This document shows, piece by piece, positions 47,885 through 57,179 of a stretch of DNA of 64,000 nt. The translations under genes were made by a program, and so were the position numbers. The notes below the pieces were generated by a model. The model was not told the origin of the DNA and did not search any database. It saw only the letters and a program-made list of their open reading frames with translations. Every line of letters starts with the position of its first letter. Position 1 is the first letter of the stretch. Source of the stretch: Roseiflexaceae bacterium (GTDB taxonomy: Bacteria > Chloroflexota > Chloroflexia > Chloroflexales > Roseiflexaceae); the NCBI GenBank assembly GCA_046303375.1, contig JBKCGB010000071.1, forward strand, positions 3,919-67,918. Direction: 5' to 3'.

Positions 47885-50011
47885 CTATCGGATGATACGA
47901 ATCGTAGTAACAATCAGTCGGTCAGCACCAATGATGCCACCATTTTTGGATGAAGTAATGGGTAATCGCACCCCATCCGGGTCATACACACCCACAATGA
48001 TGGCATAATTCCCAGGCTCAATGGTTTCCGGGATAGGAATCGCACGTGCATCATGCACCGGATCATCGATCCGCCACGTCGTCGTTCGCCCAGCATCACC
48101 ATACCCCATGAATGGTAGACCATCGGTTTGGGCAACAGGAGGCTGATTACACATCTGACATAAATGCACAAACATGCGGTAATCTCGTGCAGGCTTGGCT
48201 TTGGCTTGCCAAAACAGCGTAATCGGAATCGAACCCCCTGCCTGATAAAAAGTTCCAAGCGGTCGGATAGTCACACCACGCAAATACATACTATCCGCAA
48301 ACAGCGCATCAATGGCTTTTTCGGGTTGAGGGACTTCGAGACGCCCAAACAGTGACGGGAAACTCTGACACATCAATGCGACACCATACCGGTCGATCCC
48401 ACCACATGGCCACGTCCGCTGTGGATACTGAAAGTAAAGTCCAACCCACCCATATGGGCTATCTGTACGGATAGGCGGGTCAATTTGAGCGGCATGATCG
48501 GGGGCAATGACCAACAATGCGCGTTGTTTATTAAAGGCTGCTTGATTAAAATCTCGTTCAAAAATGCGACGTTGAAATTCACGTTGAATCGTCGTATCGG
48601 CTGAACTCCCCCGATATCCATCACTAAAATGCGCAAAAACGACCGGTTTGGGCAACGGATCTGGTGTCACACGCCGATAATAACGATAGAGTGGCATAGT
48701 GTATGCCGGATGCAACACCACCAAATCATCTCTAGTCACACGGTGCGCTAATTCTTGCATCACCGTACGCCACTCTTCTTTGACCGGTGCACCAGAAAAA
48801 ATGCCACGCACAGGCTCATAGAGCGAAACAAGATTGGCAATGATTAGCATTGCAAGAATCATCCGACCAATACGCACTTCACGATAGAGGCGACCACGGA
48901 AACGCACATTTCGCATAGCCCAATCTGCTCCATGCACGATTAACACAACCCATGCAGGCAGTGACATGACCGCATATCGTGCATCAAAGAATGGAGTGGC
49001 ACCATAGCTCAACCCGATCACTAGTACAGGGACATACGCAAACAGCAACAGTTGTAGCGCAGCCAATTTGTGCGCACGCGCCTGCTGTACCATCACAACG
49101 GTACCAATGATGAGCAGTGCCAAAAACGGCATAATCCAAAGCCAAATAGGCAGACCAAACACGGCATCTGACCAACGTCGATCAATACTAAAGCGCGTCA
49201 CGAGATCTGCAAATGCGGCCACGGGGCTGCGCCATTCTACGTCGAGTATAGACTTGGCTCGGATAGACATCCCTATTCCAACGACAACGATTAATCCGAG
49301 CACGAGTGCAGCAGTAAACATGATGCGCTGAAACATACGTGACACACGCATGGCTGGTGGGATAAGTGCCAACGCAACCACAAAGAGTCCGAGTCGATGC
49401 ATAAACGGCATCAGACAGAGCACAATAATCCACAACAACGAAAACGGACGTGACACCATCAAGATGGCCACCAATGCCATCACGAATGCATACACTTTAG
49501 CATCATATGCATGCCAATACACGTAGGGGGCGGTAATCATTGTAATCAACACAAAGCCACGTTGCGGTTGGCGTTCAAACAAAAGCGTGGTTGCAGCAAT
49601 TGCAATGGCACTTGCCACTGCAGACGGTAAACGCAACATCTGTTCACTATCACCAACAAGTGCGGTCCACCCTTTGAGTATGACGTGGTAGAGCGGATAC
49701 GCCGCATCTGGGCTAACCAACTCATAAAGCAGTTGTAGCATCGATTTATCAGTAACTTCTGCCCATGTTGCACCTTCATCAAGCCATAAACTTTGACTCC
49801 CTAATCCAATGATACGGGTGCTCAGTGCCAAAAGAAAGGCAAAGAAAAACCATTGCAGATGAGGTGGAGTATCGCTCCAGCGTTGCACCATGAGTTCGTA
49901 GCCACGTCCACCACGTGCACGGAGCCAGGGTCCTGCACGGAGTTGCCACCAACGCACTAGCATCCGGTATATCTGCTCAATTTTCCTGACAATATCAGTA
50001 TCGTTGATCAT
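47885..50011 (-). CDS. GT-C fold membrane glycosyltransferase (ArnT/PMT_2, GT39/GT83-like) with a C-terminal extracytoplasmic domain
   Basis: The first-loop motif is LWLDEGATW ... AAYPLYHVILKGW ... LRLPSA, followed by ~10 TM segments and a ~300-aa soluble tail. ATG 50011 overlaps the upstream GT4 stop as ATGA, so I prefer it to the ORF-track start at 50062. Confidence 0.8.
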   Translation of the reverse strand: MINDTDIVRKIEQIYRMLVRWWQLRAGPWLRARGGRGYELMVQRWSDTPPHLQWFFFAFLLALSTRIIGLGSQSLWLDEGATWAEVTDKSMLQLLYELVSPDAAYPLYHVILKGWTALVGDSEQMLRLPSAVASAIAIAATTLLFERQPQRGFVLITMITAPYVYWHAYDAKVYAFVMALVAILMVSRPFSLLWIIVLCLMPFMHRLGLFVVALALIPPAMRVSRMFQRIMFTAALVLGLIVVVGIGMSIRAKSILDVEWRSPVAAFADLVTRFSIDRRWSDAVFGLPIWLWIMPFLALLIIGTVVMVQQARAHKLAALQLLLFAYVPVLVIGLSYGATPFFDARYAVMSLPAWVVLIVHGADWAMRNVRFRGRLYREVRIGRMILAMLIIANLVSLYEPVRGIFSGAPVKEEWRTVMQELAHRVTRDDLVVLHPAYTMPLYRYYRRVTPDPLPKPVVFAHFSDGYRGSSADTTIQREFQRRIFERDFNQAAFNKQRALLVIAPDHAAQIDPPIRTDSPYGWVGLYFQYPQRTWPCGGIDRYGVALMCQSFPSLFGRLEVPQPEKAIDALFADSMYLRGVTIRPLGTFYQAGGSIPITLFWQAKAKPARDYRMFVHLCQMCNQPPVAQTDGLPFMGYGDAGRTTTWRIDDPVHDARAIPIPETIEPGNYAIIVGVYDPDGVRLPITSSKNGGIIGADRLIVTTIRIIR

Positions 50012-51243
50012 GTCACCACTTTCGTATAGGCCTGTACGAGTTCTGCCGTGACGTGTGGCCACGACAATGCGTGCATGACACGTTCACGGGCAGCGTGTGC
50101 AAGCGTCGCCGCATACGAACGATCATCAAGCAGTGTTGCAATCGCACTTGCCAAGGCAGTGGCATCTCCTTCGGGGACGAGCAAACCGTGCTGTTGATGC
50201 GACAGTACATCGGGAATACCGGCCACATCACTCGCCACAATTGCACATCCAGCCGCCATCCCCTCGAGGAGTGCGTTTGGGAGCCCATCGACGTTGCCAA
50301 GTTCATCATGGACGGATGGCACACAGTAGACATCGGCACTTGCTATGGCATGCGCAACTTCATCACGCAAGAGCTGGCCAGGCAAAATAATCATATCGGC
50401 AACACCGAGTGACGCAGCAAGTTGGACATATTCCTCATGCAAATCACCATACCCAGCGAGTAAGAGCTTTAGTTGAGCAAAGCGAACGCGAAGCAGTGGC
50501 AAGGCACGAATCAACACGTGGAAGCCCTTTTTGACCACGAACCTACCCACTGCTACCAACAACGGCGCATCTGCTGCAATCCCAAAACGCTGCGTACACC
50601 ATGTGCGATTGCGCAATGCAGGATCGAAATCCTGCGTTGCCACACCGTATGGGAGTACGACCGTAGTCGACGCATCGGCACCGAGTGCAATTGCGCGACG
50701 GTGCAAATCACCACTACATGCCGTTGCGAACGCGGTATCCGCAAAAATCCGTCTCGTAATCCGCGAAAACATCCCGTTGCGCTCCGCCATGGCCACATCC
50801 GAACCATGCATGCTAATCACCAACGGTATGCCGTGCAAACGGGCAATCATCCATGCAGGCAACCCATTCGGCAACACCCAGTGCGCATGAATAACATCTG
50901 GGTGAAATTCATGCACGTGTCTTTGCAACGCCATGAACGTCGCGCTGAGTGCAAATGGCGCTGCATACAACGCATTCGCCCGCAAACCAACGTCTGCTTG
51001 TAACGATTCTGCATACCCCCACACCGCAAGTGCAGGGTGCGGCGCATACCGAAAGGTGTATAATTCAACACCACGTTCGCGTGGCTGATGTTGAAAATCA
51101 CGATGGTGTGGCAGTATCATGCGCACTTGCACACCATGTGCCGCCACACCAGCCGCAATTTCAGCAATAAATGGTGCCGTCGTATCGCCGGCATACTTTG
51201 GGAATGACGTAGCTAACATCAACACACGCACGTCTGACCTCAA
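50008..51243 (-). CDS. GT4-family glycosyltransferase
   Basis: The sequence runs VRVLMLATSFPKYAGDTTAPFI ... VYCVPSVHDELGNVDGLPNALLEGMAAGCAIV. The TTG start at 51243 overlaps the upstream stop (TTGA), and GTG 51231 is an alternative. Confidence 0.88.
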   Translation of the reverse strand: MRSDVRVLMLATSFPKYAGDTTAPFIAEIAAGVAAHGVQVRMILPHHRDFQHQPRERGVELYTFRYAPHPALAVWGYAESLQADVGLRANALYAAPFALSATFMALQRHVHEFHPDVIHAHWVLPNGLPAWMIARLHGIPLVISMHGSDVAMAERNGMFSRITRRIFADTAFATACSGDLHRRAIALGADASTTVVLPYGVATQDFDPALRNRTWCTQRFGIAADAPLLVAVGRFVVKKGFHVLIRALPLLRVRFAQLKLLLAGYGDLHEEYVQLAASLGVADMIILPGQLLRDEVAHAIASADVYCVPSVHDELGNVDGLPNALLEGMAAGCAIVASDVAGIPDVLSHQQHGLLVPEGDATALASAIATLLDDRSYAATLAHAARERVMHALSWPHVTAELVQAYTKVVT

Positions 51244-54134
51244 CGTATTCCAGCAACACCAGCATAGTCTGCTGGGAACTCATACACCACACTCTGCATT
51301 GTAAACGTTCCATCAACGTCATTGACGGTATACTCAGGCGTTCGATAAACTTCAGAAAAGCCGTATCTCGGATCTGCCAACATGGCTTGTATCATGGCTC
51401 GGGTAGCCGTATTCGGGCGTTGCAACGAGTCAAGTACCAAATACCGTGCCTGATAATGCTTGGCAAGCCGCAACAGGGTTACTGCATCGCTATCTGCGGG
51501 AATCATCACCGCAGGTCGTTGCGCATACCAGTTAAGTTGCCACGGCACGCGAGTCATCATCACGGTACTCAATGGAGTTTTTTGTTGCAGATAGTTGTAC
51601 ATGTCGCGGTCTGCGGAGACAAGTTGCTGATCAATGCGTTGTCGCTGCAGAATAAACTGCATGGTCTCATAGTTTGTCACTGAAAGAAGTGCAATCACAC
51701 CGACAATCACCGGTGCAAGCAACTTGCCACGAAACCAAACTTTGGCACGATCGATGATTGCGACCAGCGTGGCTGCCGCGTAGAGCGCCATCCAAGGCAA
51801 CAAGACGACCCAATATCGTGGCTCGTTGGCATGCCAATACGTCACCATGAATAAGAGATACGGCACCGTCATCGCCACGAGTAAGCGCTTGATCATCGCT
51901 TGAGCCGTAGAATTCCACACAAAGAAGCCGAGCAATGCGGCCCACAACCACGGTGCCTGAAGCAAACCGGTGGCATCTCGTGCAGCGCCAAAATGCTGAA
52001 GCGACTGCGGTAAATAATCAAATGACGGAAGCATGTAATTGCGCACAGCGAGGAGCTGATTCATCAGCTTCCGTGACGCCCCATCAAATCCCCAGCGCAA
52101 CAACCAGCTACGATCTGGCACGTCACCACTGCCAATCTCTCCATCACTTGCATAGACACGATAAATAGCATCCCACTGCGTGTATTCGAGCAACCACGCA
52201 TCGACTTGCTCGGTGGTATGTGCAGGTGAACCATAGAGACGCATGTTATATTCTACGTAGGGAGAAACACACAACAACGCAACCACCGTCCATACACATA
52301 CTGGCCAGATACGCATCCACAAGGCACGCACATTGACGCGCAAACGGTCGAGGCGTGTCGTGATGAGTGGGTGATTGAGTGCTGCGCGATAGTCGTAGAG
52401 CAACCAAAGCCCCATGCCGAATGCGAGCATACCACCACTACCGGGTTTTTGCAGGAGCATTAAACCCGTCCAAACACCGGCTTGCAAGACGCGCACCACC
52501 GGTGATTCATACCATCGTGTATGAGTGGTGGTTGGTGCGCTCGCACGGATATCATATACGGCAACCATCGCACCCAATGCAAATGTTACAAATGCTAAAT
52601 CAGTGGTAGCATATTCGAGCTGTCGATAGAGAAACGTATTCACTGCCAATACTGCTACAGCCAATGTACCTACACGACCATCCCAGATACGTAATGAAAT
52701 TCGCCATATCAATTGCAGTAGCAACGCATAAAAGAAGTAATTCGGGATACGCGCAGCTGCATCATTCGCGCCAGTCAACAAAAACACGGCAGCAATCCAC
52801 ACGGGCTGCAACAGTGGCCATGTTTCTTGCGGGTGGGTCACTGATGGATAGATTGCATAAAACTGTGTCACATAATCGACTACCCAGCCACGACCATTTA
52901 CGAGGTTACGTGCGACCACCGCGTTATCCGCATAATCAGCATGCCCAATAAACGGTGCAGTGTAGGTAATCGTTGCCCCCGTACCGACCACCAACACGAA
53001 TAGCACATAAAAGACTGGCGCACTCTGTTTTTGCCACCAATCAACGAGGCGAGTCAAGACCCCTGCAAGCGGCAAAAAGATGCCAACCGCACCAACGATG
53101 AGTACCCCCACACCAACCAGCAACGTTTGCCAGAATGGGTGCGGCAGAAACAGCGGAATTGGCAGCTTTTGCAGCACATAGACAAGTATGACGGACACTG
53201 CAAACCATAGTCCGCAGCCAAGGCCGGCGCCACGTGCAAACACGTGGTAGATGGCATACCATGCACGCACTACATCTCGACGGAGCATCCAAACAGCGAC
53301 AACGGCGAGCACAGCCACCACAAATGGCAACAACGCAACGACGTAGATGCGTTGAAACGCAATCATTGTGAGTGTCACTGTGGTAACCACCAGACTGATT
53401 ACCAATGCAACGGTGGTACGGCGCCACACCATTACTGCAACAACATAGAGCAACACCGCAAACACGATACCCCATGCCATAAATGAGAGCGGAGGCATAT
53501 TGAGTGCCACCCAATCATTGGGCGTTGCTACGGCAATACGCTCGACGCGTATGCCTTTGGGGCGGATATCGGCATGCGTGGTTGTGGCAGTAAACACGTC
53601 GGACATTACGAGCGCAATGGCAATCTCTCCACTGGTATTGCGCATCGCCGGAAGTACGACATAGTAATCCTCAAAAGTGGTTGTAGGGGTAAAGACGGCT
53701 AGATCATCACCATTGACCCGCACGGTTACTGTCGGTTGATCTTGATCAGTATCGCGCACATCACTCGGCCAGCCTGCCATGCGCACCATGAGCGAGACAT
53801 CAGCCCCCTGGTCAAACGCAGGGATAGTCACAAACGCCTGTTGACGTGTCCATCGGCTACGCCCTGATGCCGCATCATCACTGATTTCATCACCATACCA
53901 CGCATCAGCGTCCTGCGCGCCAAGCCCAGCGCTACTACGCAAAAAGAGCCGGTCACCGAGTGAACCGACAGCGATATCAACTGATGAAGGTGCTTGAAAC
54001 GCCAACAATATGGTCAACACCACAAACAGCCCGTATACCACAAACCGCCAATCAAACGCTGTAGCCAGTGGATGAAGCAGGCGAATTCGCTGAGATCGCC
54101 GGAGTCGTAATTGTGCGGTACTTTGTGTCGTCAC
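51240..54134 (-). CDS. large GT-C fold membrane glycosyltransferase (PMT_2/ArnT-like) with an N-terminal ectodomain
   Basis: After one TM segment there is a ~200-aa extracytoplasmic segment, then a polytopic core with HADYADNAVVARNLVNGRGW (the acidic first-loop motif). The ORF-track GTG 54230 directly follows the fadD terminator. The in-frame GTG 54134 has GGAG 5 nt upstream and sits downstream of a TGGTACAAT promoter element. Confidence 0.75.
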   Translation of the reverse strand: MTTQSTAQLRLRRSQRIRLLHPLATAFDWRFVVYGLFVVLTILLAFQAPSSVDIAVGSLGDRLFLRSSAGLGAQDADAWYGDEISDDAASGRSRWTRQQAFVTIPAFDQGADVSLMVRMAGWPSDVRDTDQDQPTVTVRVNGDDLAVFTPTTTFEDYYVVLPAMRNTSGEIAIALVMSDVFTATTTHADIRPKGIRVERIAVATPNDWVALNMPPLSFMAWGIVFAVLLYVVAVMVWRRTTVALVISLVVTTVTLTMIAFQRIYVVALLPFVVAVLAVVAVWMLRRDVVRAWYAIYHVFARGAGLGCGLWFAVSVILVYVLQKLPIPLFLPHPFWQTLLVGVGVLIVGAVGIFLPLAGVLTRLVDWWQKQSAPVFYVLFVLVVGTGATITYTAPFIGHADYADNAVVARNLVNGRGWVVDYVTQFYAIYPSVTHPQETWPLLQPVWIAAVFLLTGANDAAARIPNYFFYALLLQLIWRISLRIWDGRVGTLAVAVLAVNTFLYRQLEYATTDLAFVTFALGAMVAVYDIRASAPTTTHTRWYESPVVRVLQAGVWTGLMLLQKPGSGGMLAFGMGLWLLYDYRAALNHPLITTRLDRLRVNVRALWMRIWPVCVWTVVALLCVSPYVEYNMRLYGSPAHTTEQVDAWLLEYTQWDAIYRVYASDGEIGSGDVPDRSWLLRWGFDGASRKLMNQLLAVRNYMLPSFDYLPQSLQHFGAARDATGLLQAPWLWAALLGFFVWNSTAQAMIKRLLVAMTVPYLLFMVTYWHANEPRYWVVLLPWMALYAAATLVAIIDRAKVWFRGKLLAPVIVGVIALLSVTNYETMQFILQRQRIDQQLVSADRDMYNYLQQKTPLSTVMMTRVPWQLNWYAQRPAVMIPADSDAVTLLRLAKHYQARYLVLDSLQRPNTATRAMIQAMLADPRYGFSEVYRTPEYTVNDVDGTFTMQSVVYEFPADYAGVAGIR

Positions 54135-54232
54135 GTCAACTCCGTGATAAAAACGGCATGATAGAGTGTGGTGCCAATCAACAACCGATGATTTCCATCT
54201 GTATGTACCGATTGTACCAAAAAGTGACACAT

Positions 54233-54271
54233 AAAAAACAACTCCCCACCATACTTGATGGCGGGGAGTTG
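54233..54271 (-). terminator. intrinsic terminator downstream of fadD
   Basis: The minus-strand RNA reads CAACUCCCC-N15-GGGGAGUUG (a 9-bp stem) followed by UUUUUU. It lies 13 nt after the fadD stop. Confidence 0.8.
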
Positions 54272-54283
54272 TGTATCGACATG

Positions 54284-55993
54284 TTACTTCTTCGTAAATT
54301 GGGCAACTAATTCACGACGCAACACTTTACCAACCGTGGTTTTGGGGAGTTCGGTGCGGAATTCAAAATGACGTGGAACTTTGAATTCAGCCAAATACTG
54401 TTTGCAGAATGTCTTGAGCGATTCAACGTCGATGGGTGAGCCATCATGTGTCACGATGAATGCAGTTACCGTGTCGTCACCACGTGCCTCATTGCGAATA
54501 CCAACGACTGCTGCTTCACGTACCTGTGGATGCATGAAAAGCACTTCTTCGACATCGCGTGGTAACACCTTGAGACCACCACTAATAATCATATCCTTCA
54601 GACGATCTACTATGTAAAAATAGCCGTCATCATCGGTTTTAGCGATATCACCTGTGCGCAACCAACCATCTGCGGTGATTGTTTGTGCCGTCTCCTCAGG
54701 GCGCTCCCAGTAGCCCTTCATAACCTGTGGGCCGCGCACCCACAACTCACCTGTGGCATCACTTCCGATTGGAATATCCGCACCTGTTTCGAGATCGACA
54801 ATTTTGGCATCAGTGTTCGATAACGGAATGCCTACAGATCCCTTTTTCGATACTCCATAGAGCGGATTCGCATGCGAAACCGGCGAGAGCTCAGTCATAC
54901 CAAATCCTTCGATTAAGCGCCCACCCGTCAACTCGATGAATTTTGTTTGTACTTCCACCGGTAGGGGAGCAGAACCGCTCAAACAGGCTTTAATCGATCG
55001 CAAATCATAGTTTGCAATGTTGGGATGGTTGACAATGCCAATATACATTGCAGGCACTCCAGGATAGATGGTAGAGCGCTCTTTCTGCATGATATTCATC
55101 ACGTTTTCAATTGGGCGTGGATTAGGTACAACTTGGATCTCAGCACCGATACTAATGCCATAGACCATGGCCACAACCAACCCATACACATGGAAGAACG
55201 GAATCGCACACATGAACTTCTCGGCACCACGCTCTGCACTCGTAAACCACGCATTAATCTGTGTTGCATTGACGAGCAGATTGCGATGGGTAAGCATGGC
55301 TGCTTTGGGCAAGCCCGTCGTACCACCCGTATACTGCAGCACGGCTACGTCGTCGGGGTCAACTGTCACACCAGGTGCCATAGCCGAGTACTTTTTGAGC
55401 AGTGACTCAAAAAAGAATATATCGTGCTCAGGCTTTACTTCGACCCAATCTGGTTGACGCTTTTGTTTGGCCTTGACTAACGTGCGTGAAACGGTATTCA
55501 ACATATCAAACATGTGACACACAATCACACGTTTAATGTTTGTATCTGACTGAATTTCGCGCAATCGTGGATAGAACAGGTTGAGCAATACGATAGTCTC
55601 TGCACCAGAATCAATTACTTGGTGCTTGAGTTCTCGCGCAGTATAGGTGGGGTTGTTATTTACCACAATTGCACCAATGCGCATCGCGGCCATAAACACA
55701 ATCACATAATGCACTGAATTGGGCAACATGACCGCAATACGGTCACCTTTACGCACACCCAACTGTGACAACGCATTCGCAAACCGCTCTACTTTGTTGG
55801 ATAGCTCGGCGTACGTAATTGCGGTACCCACCGTATAGCGCCCACCCAGCAAATAGCTCAAAATCAGCCGCACTGCAGTGTTATTTGGGAACTCGCGGAC
55901 CACTCCAGAAAAAACCCGATAAAGATCACTCTCAGGAAATTCGAGTGTTGCGGGCACAACTGGCTCATATGAGCGTAGCCAAGGTTTGTCCAT
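54284..55993 (-). CDS. fadD: long-chain-fatty-acid--CoA ligase (AMP-binding family)
   Basis: The motifs are LQYTGGTTGLPKAAMLTHRN, GYWERPEET and LRTGDIAKTDDDGYFYIVDRLKDMI. A GGAGGA RBS lies upstream of ATG 55993. Confidence 0.9.
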   Translation of the reverse strand: MDKPWLRSYEPVVPATLEFPESDLYRVFSGVVREFPNNTAVRLILSYLLGGRYTVGTAITYAELSNKVERFANALSQLGVRKGDRIAVMLPNSVHYVIVFMAAMRIGAIVVNNNPTYTARELKHQVIDSGAETIVLLNLFYPRLREIQSDTNIKRVIVCHMFDMLNTVSRTLVKAKQKRQPDWVEVKPEHDIFFFESLLKKYSAMAPGVTVDPDDVAVLQYTGGTTGLPKAAMLTHRNLLVNATQINAWFTSAERGAEKFMCAIPFFHVYGLVVAMVYGISIGAEIQVVPNPRPIENVMNIMQKERSTIYPGVPAMYIGIVNHPNIANYDLRSIKACLSGSAPLPVEVQTKFIELTGGRLIEGFGMTELSPVSHANPLYGVSKKGSVGIPLSNTDAKIVDLETGADIPIGSDATGELWVRGPQVMKGYWERPEETAQTITADGWLRTGDIAKTDDDGYFYIVDRLKDMIISGGLKVLPRDVEEVLFMHPQVREAAVVGIRNEARGDDTVTAFIVTHDGSPIDVESLKTFCKQYLAEFKVPRHFEFRTELPKTTVGKVLRRELVAQFTKK

Positions 55994-56037
55994 GGATTCC
56001 TCCTTTGGTAATCAGCAACATTGCACAGATACTATGC

Positions 56038-56211
56038 CTACTCTACATCGGCACGTAGCCACCCACGTTCACTCGCCATGTACTTAATTGTTGTGTCATC
56101 GGGGGGATACAAGCCTGCTTCTTGATAGGTGTATGCCAGCAATGCGGCGCCAGCCAAAACTCCAACTACCAGTCCACAGACAAATGCCACAAAGTGTGTC
56201 GCAGTACGCAT
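56038..56211 (-). CDS. 57-aa single-pass membrane protein (hand-translated; below the ORF-track cutoff)
   Basis: From ATG 56211 to TAG 56040-56038 the translation is MRTATHFVAFVCGLVVGVLAGAALLAYTYQEAGLYPPDDTTIKYMASERGWLRADVE. GGAAG lies ~7 nt upstream. The ORF fills the gap between the anti-sigma-like gene and fadD. Confidence 0.35.
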   Translation of the reverse strand: MRTATHFVAFVCGLVVGVLAGAALLAYTYQEAGLYPPDDTTIKYMASERGWLRADVE

Positions 56212-56256
56212 GGTACACTTCCATTTTACCGTAAAATCGAGCCTACAAACAATCCA

Positions 56257-57009
56257 CTATTTACTATACACCAAGTGAAATACACGTGGGCCAACGGGCA
56301 GCTCTGCGTGTGATGCAAACTCTTGCGACACTTCTACCGTACAACCATCACACCATGACAAATCCTCATTGTAGAGCCATACATTACCATCTTCATCAGT
56401 TTCTAATGTACCAATGCGAATGATTTGGTCGTTGCCTTTCAGCCATGCCACATACACCGTTAAAGGTGGCGCAAGTGGGATATCTCGCCCGACAAAGAGT
56501 ACTCCGCTCGATGTAGGATGAATATACCCAGACAGCGCACCATGATTTAACACGCTATCACGATTGAATCGTACCGTCACGATACCCTCACGCGCCATGA
56601 ACTCCGCAATACGTCCACTGCGTGAGTCAATGATTTGTGGCGTCTGCACACTCGCAAGTGACAACTGTGAGCGCGTGTCATACCCCTGCCACAAATAGGT
56701 ACTTGCGAGTGCTGACCCTACCACAAACAGCACCAGTGCGAGTACCCAGCGGATCGCATCAACAAATCGCGCAGTGCGGACCACTGAACCAAAGTCGCGG
56801 TCAAACGCAACAATATTAAAAAGTTGTTTCTTTACATGAGTACGGGCGTGAGGCGCATTCGGGCTGTAAAGTGATTCACGCAGCTCGATGACGAGACGCA
56901 GACACCGCTCACAGTCACGAATGTGGGCATCAACAAGTGCCATCTCTTCGTGCGAGAGTGTCGCAAGTACAAATTCGAACAATAGTTCGGTTGGGTGTGA
57001 TGCAGTCAT
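56257..57009 (-). CDS. putative zinc-binding anti-sigma factor (ZAS, HxxxCxxC) with a TM segment and an extracytoplasmic domain
   Basis: AHIRDCERC matches H-x3-C-x2-C near the N-terminus. The TM segment is WVLALVLFVVGSALASTYLW. I prefer ATG 57009 to the TTG at 57063. No sigma factor gene is adjacent. Confidence 0.6.
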   Translation of the reverse strand: MTASHPTELLFEFVLATLSHEEMALVDAHIRDCERCLRLVIELRESLYSPNAPHARTHVKKQLFNIVAFDRDFGSVVRTARFVDAIRWVLALVLFVVGSALASTYLWQGYDTRSQLSLASVQTPQIIDSRSGRIAEFMAREGIVTVRFNRDSVLNHGALSGYIHPTSSGVLFVGRDIPLAPPLTVYVAWLKGNDQIIRIGTLETDEDGNVWLYNEDLSWCDGCTVEVSQEFASHAELPVGPRVFHLVYSK

Positions 57010-57179
57010 TTCACATCTGTCAGTCGACGCAAGCGTCGTGATGGTGAAGGCACAACGGTGCAACCTTCAGGAAAGATGAAACAAAGATGAACCAACAGTG
57101 ACAGTGATACCTATGGATTGTACGCACCGTATTTCAAAATAGATGTATGAGGGAGATAACACCAATATATAGGATTGTC

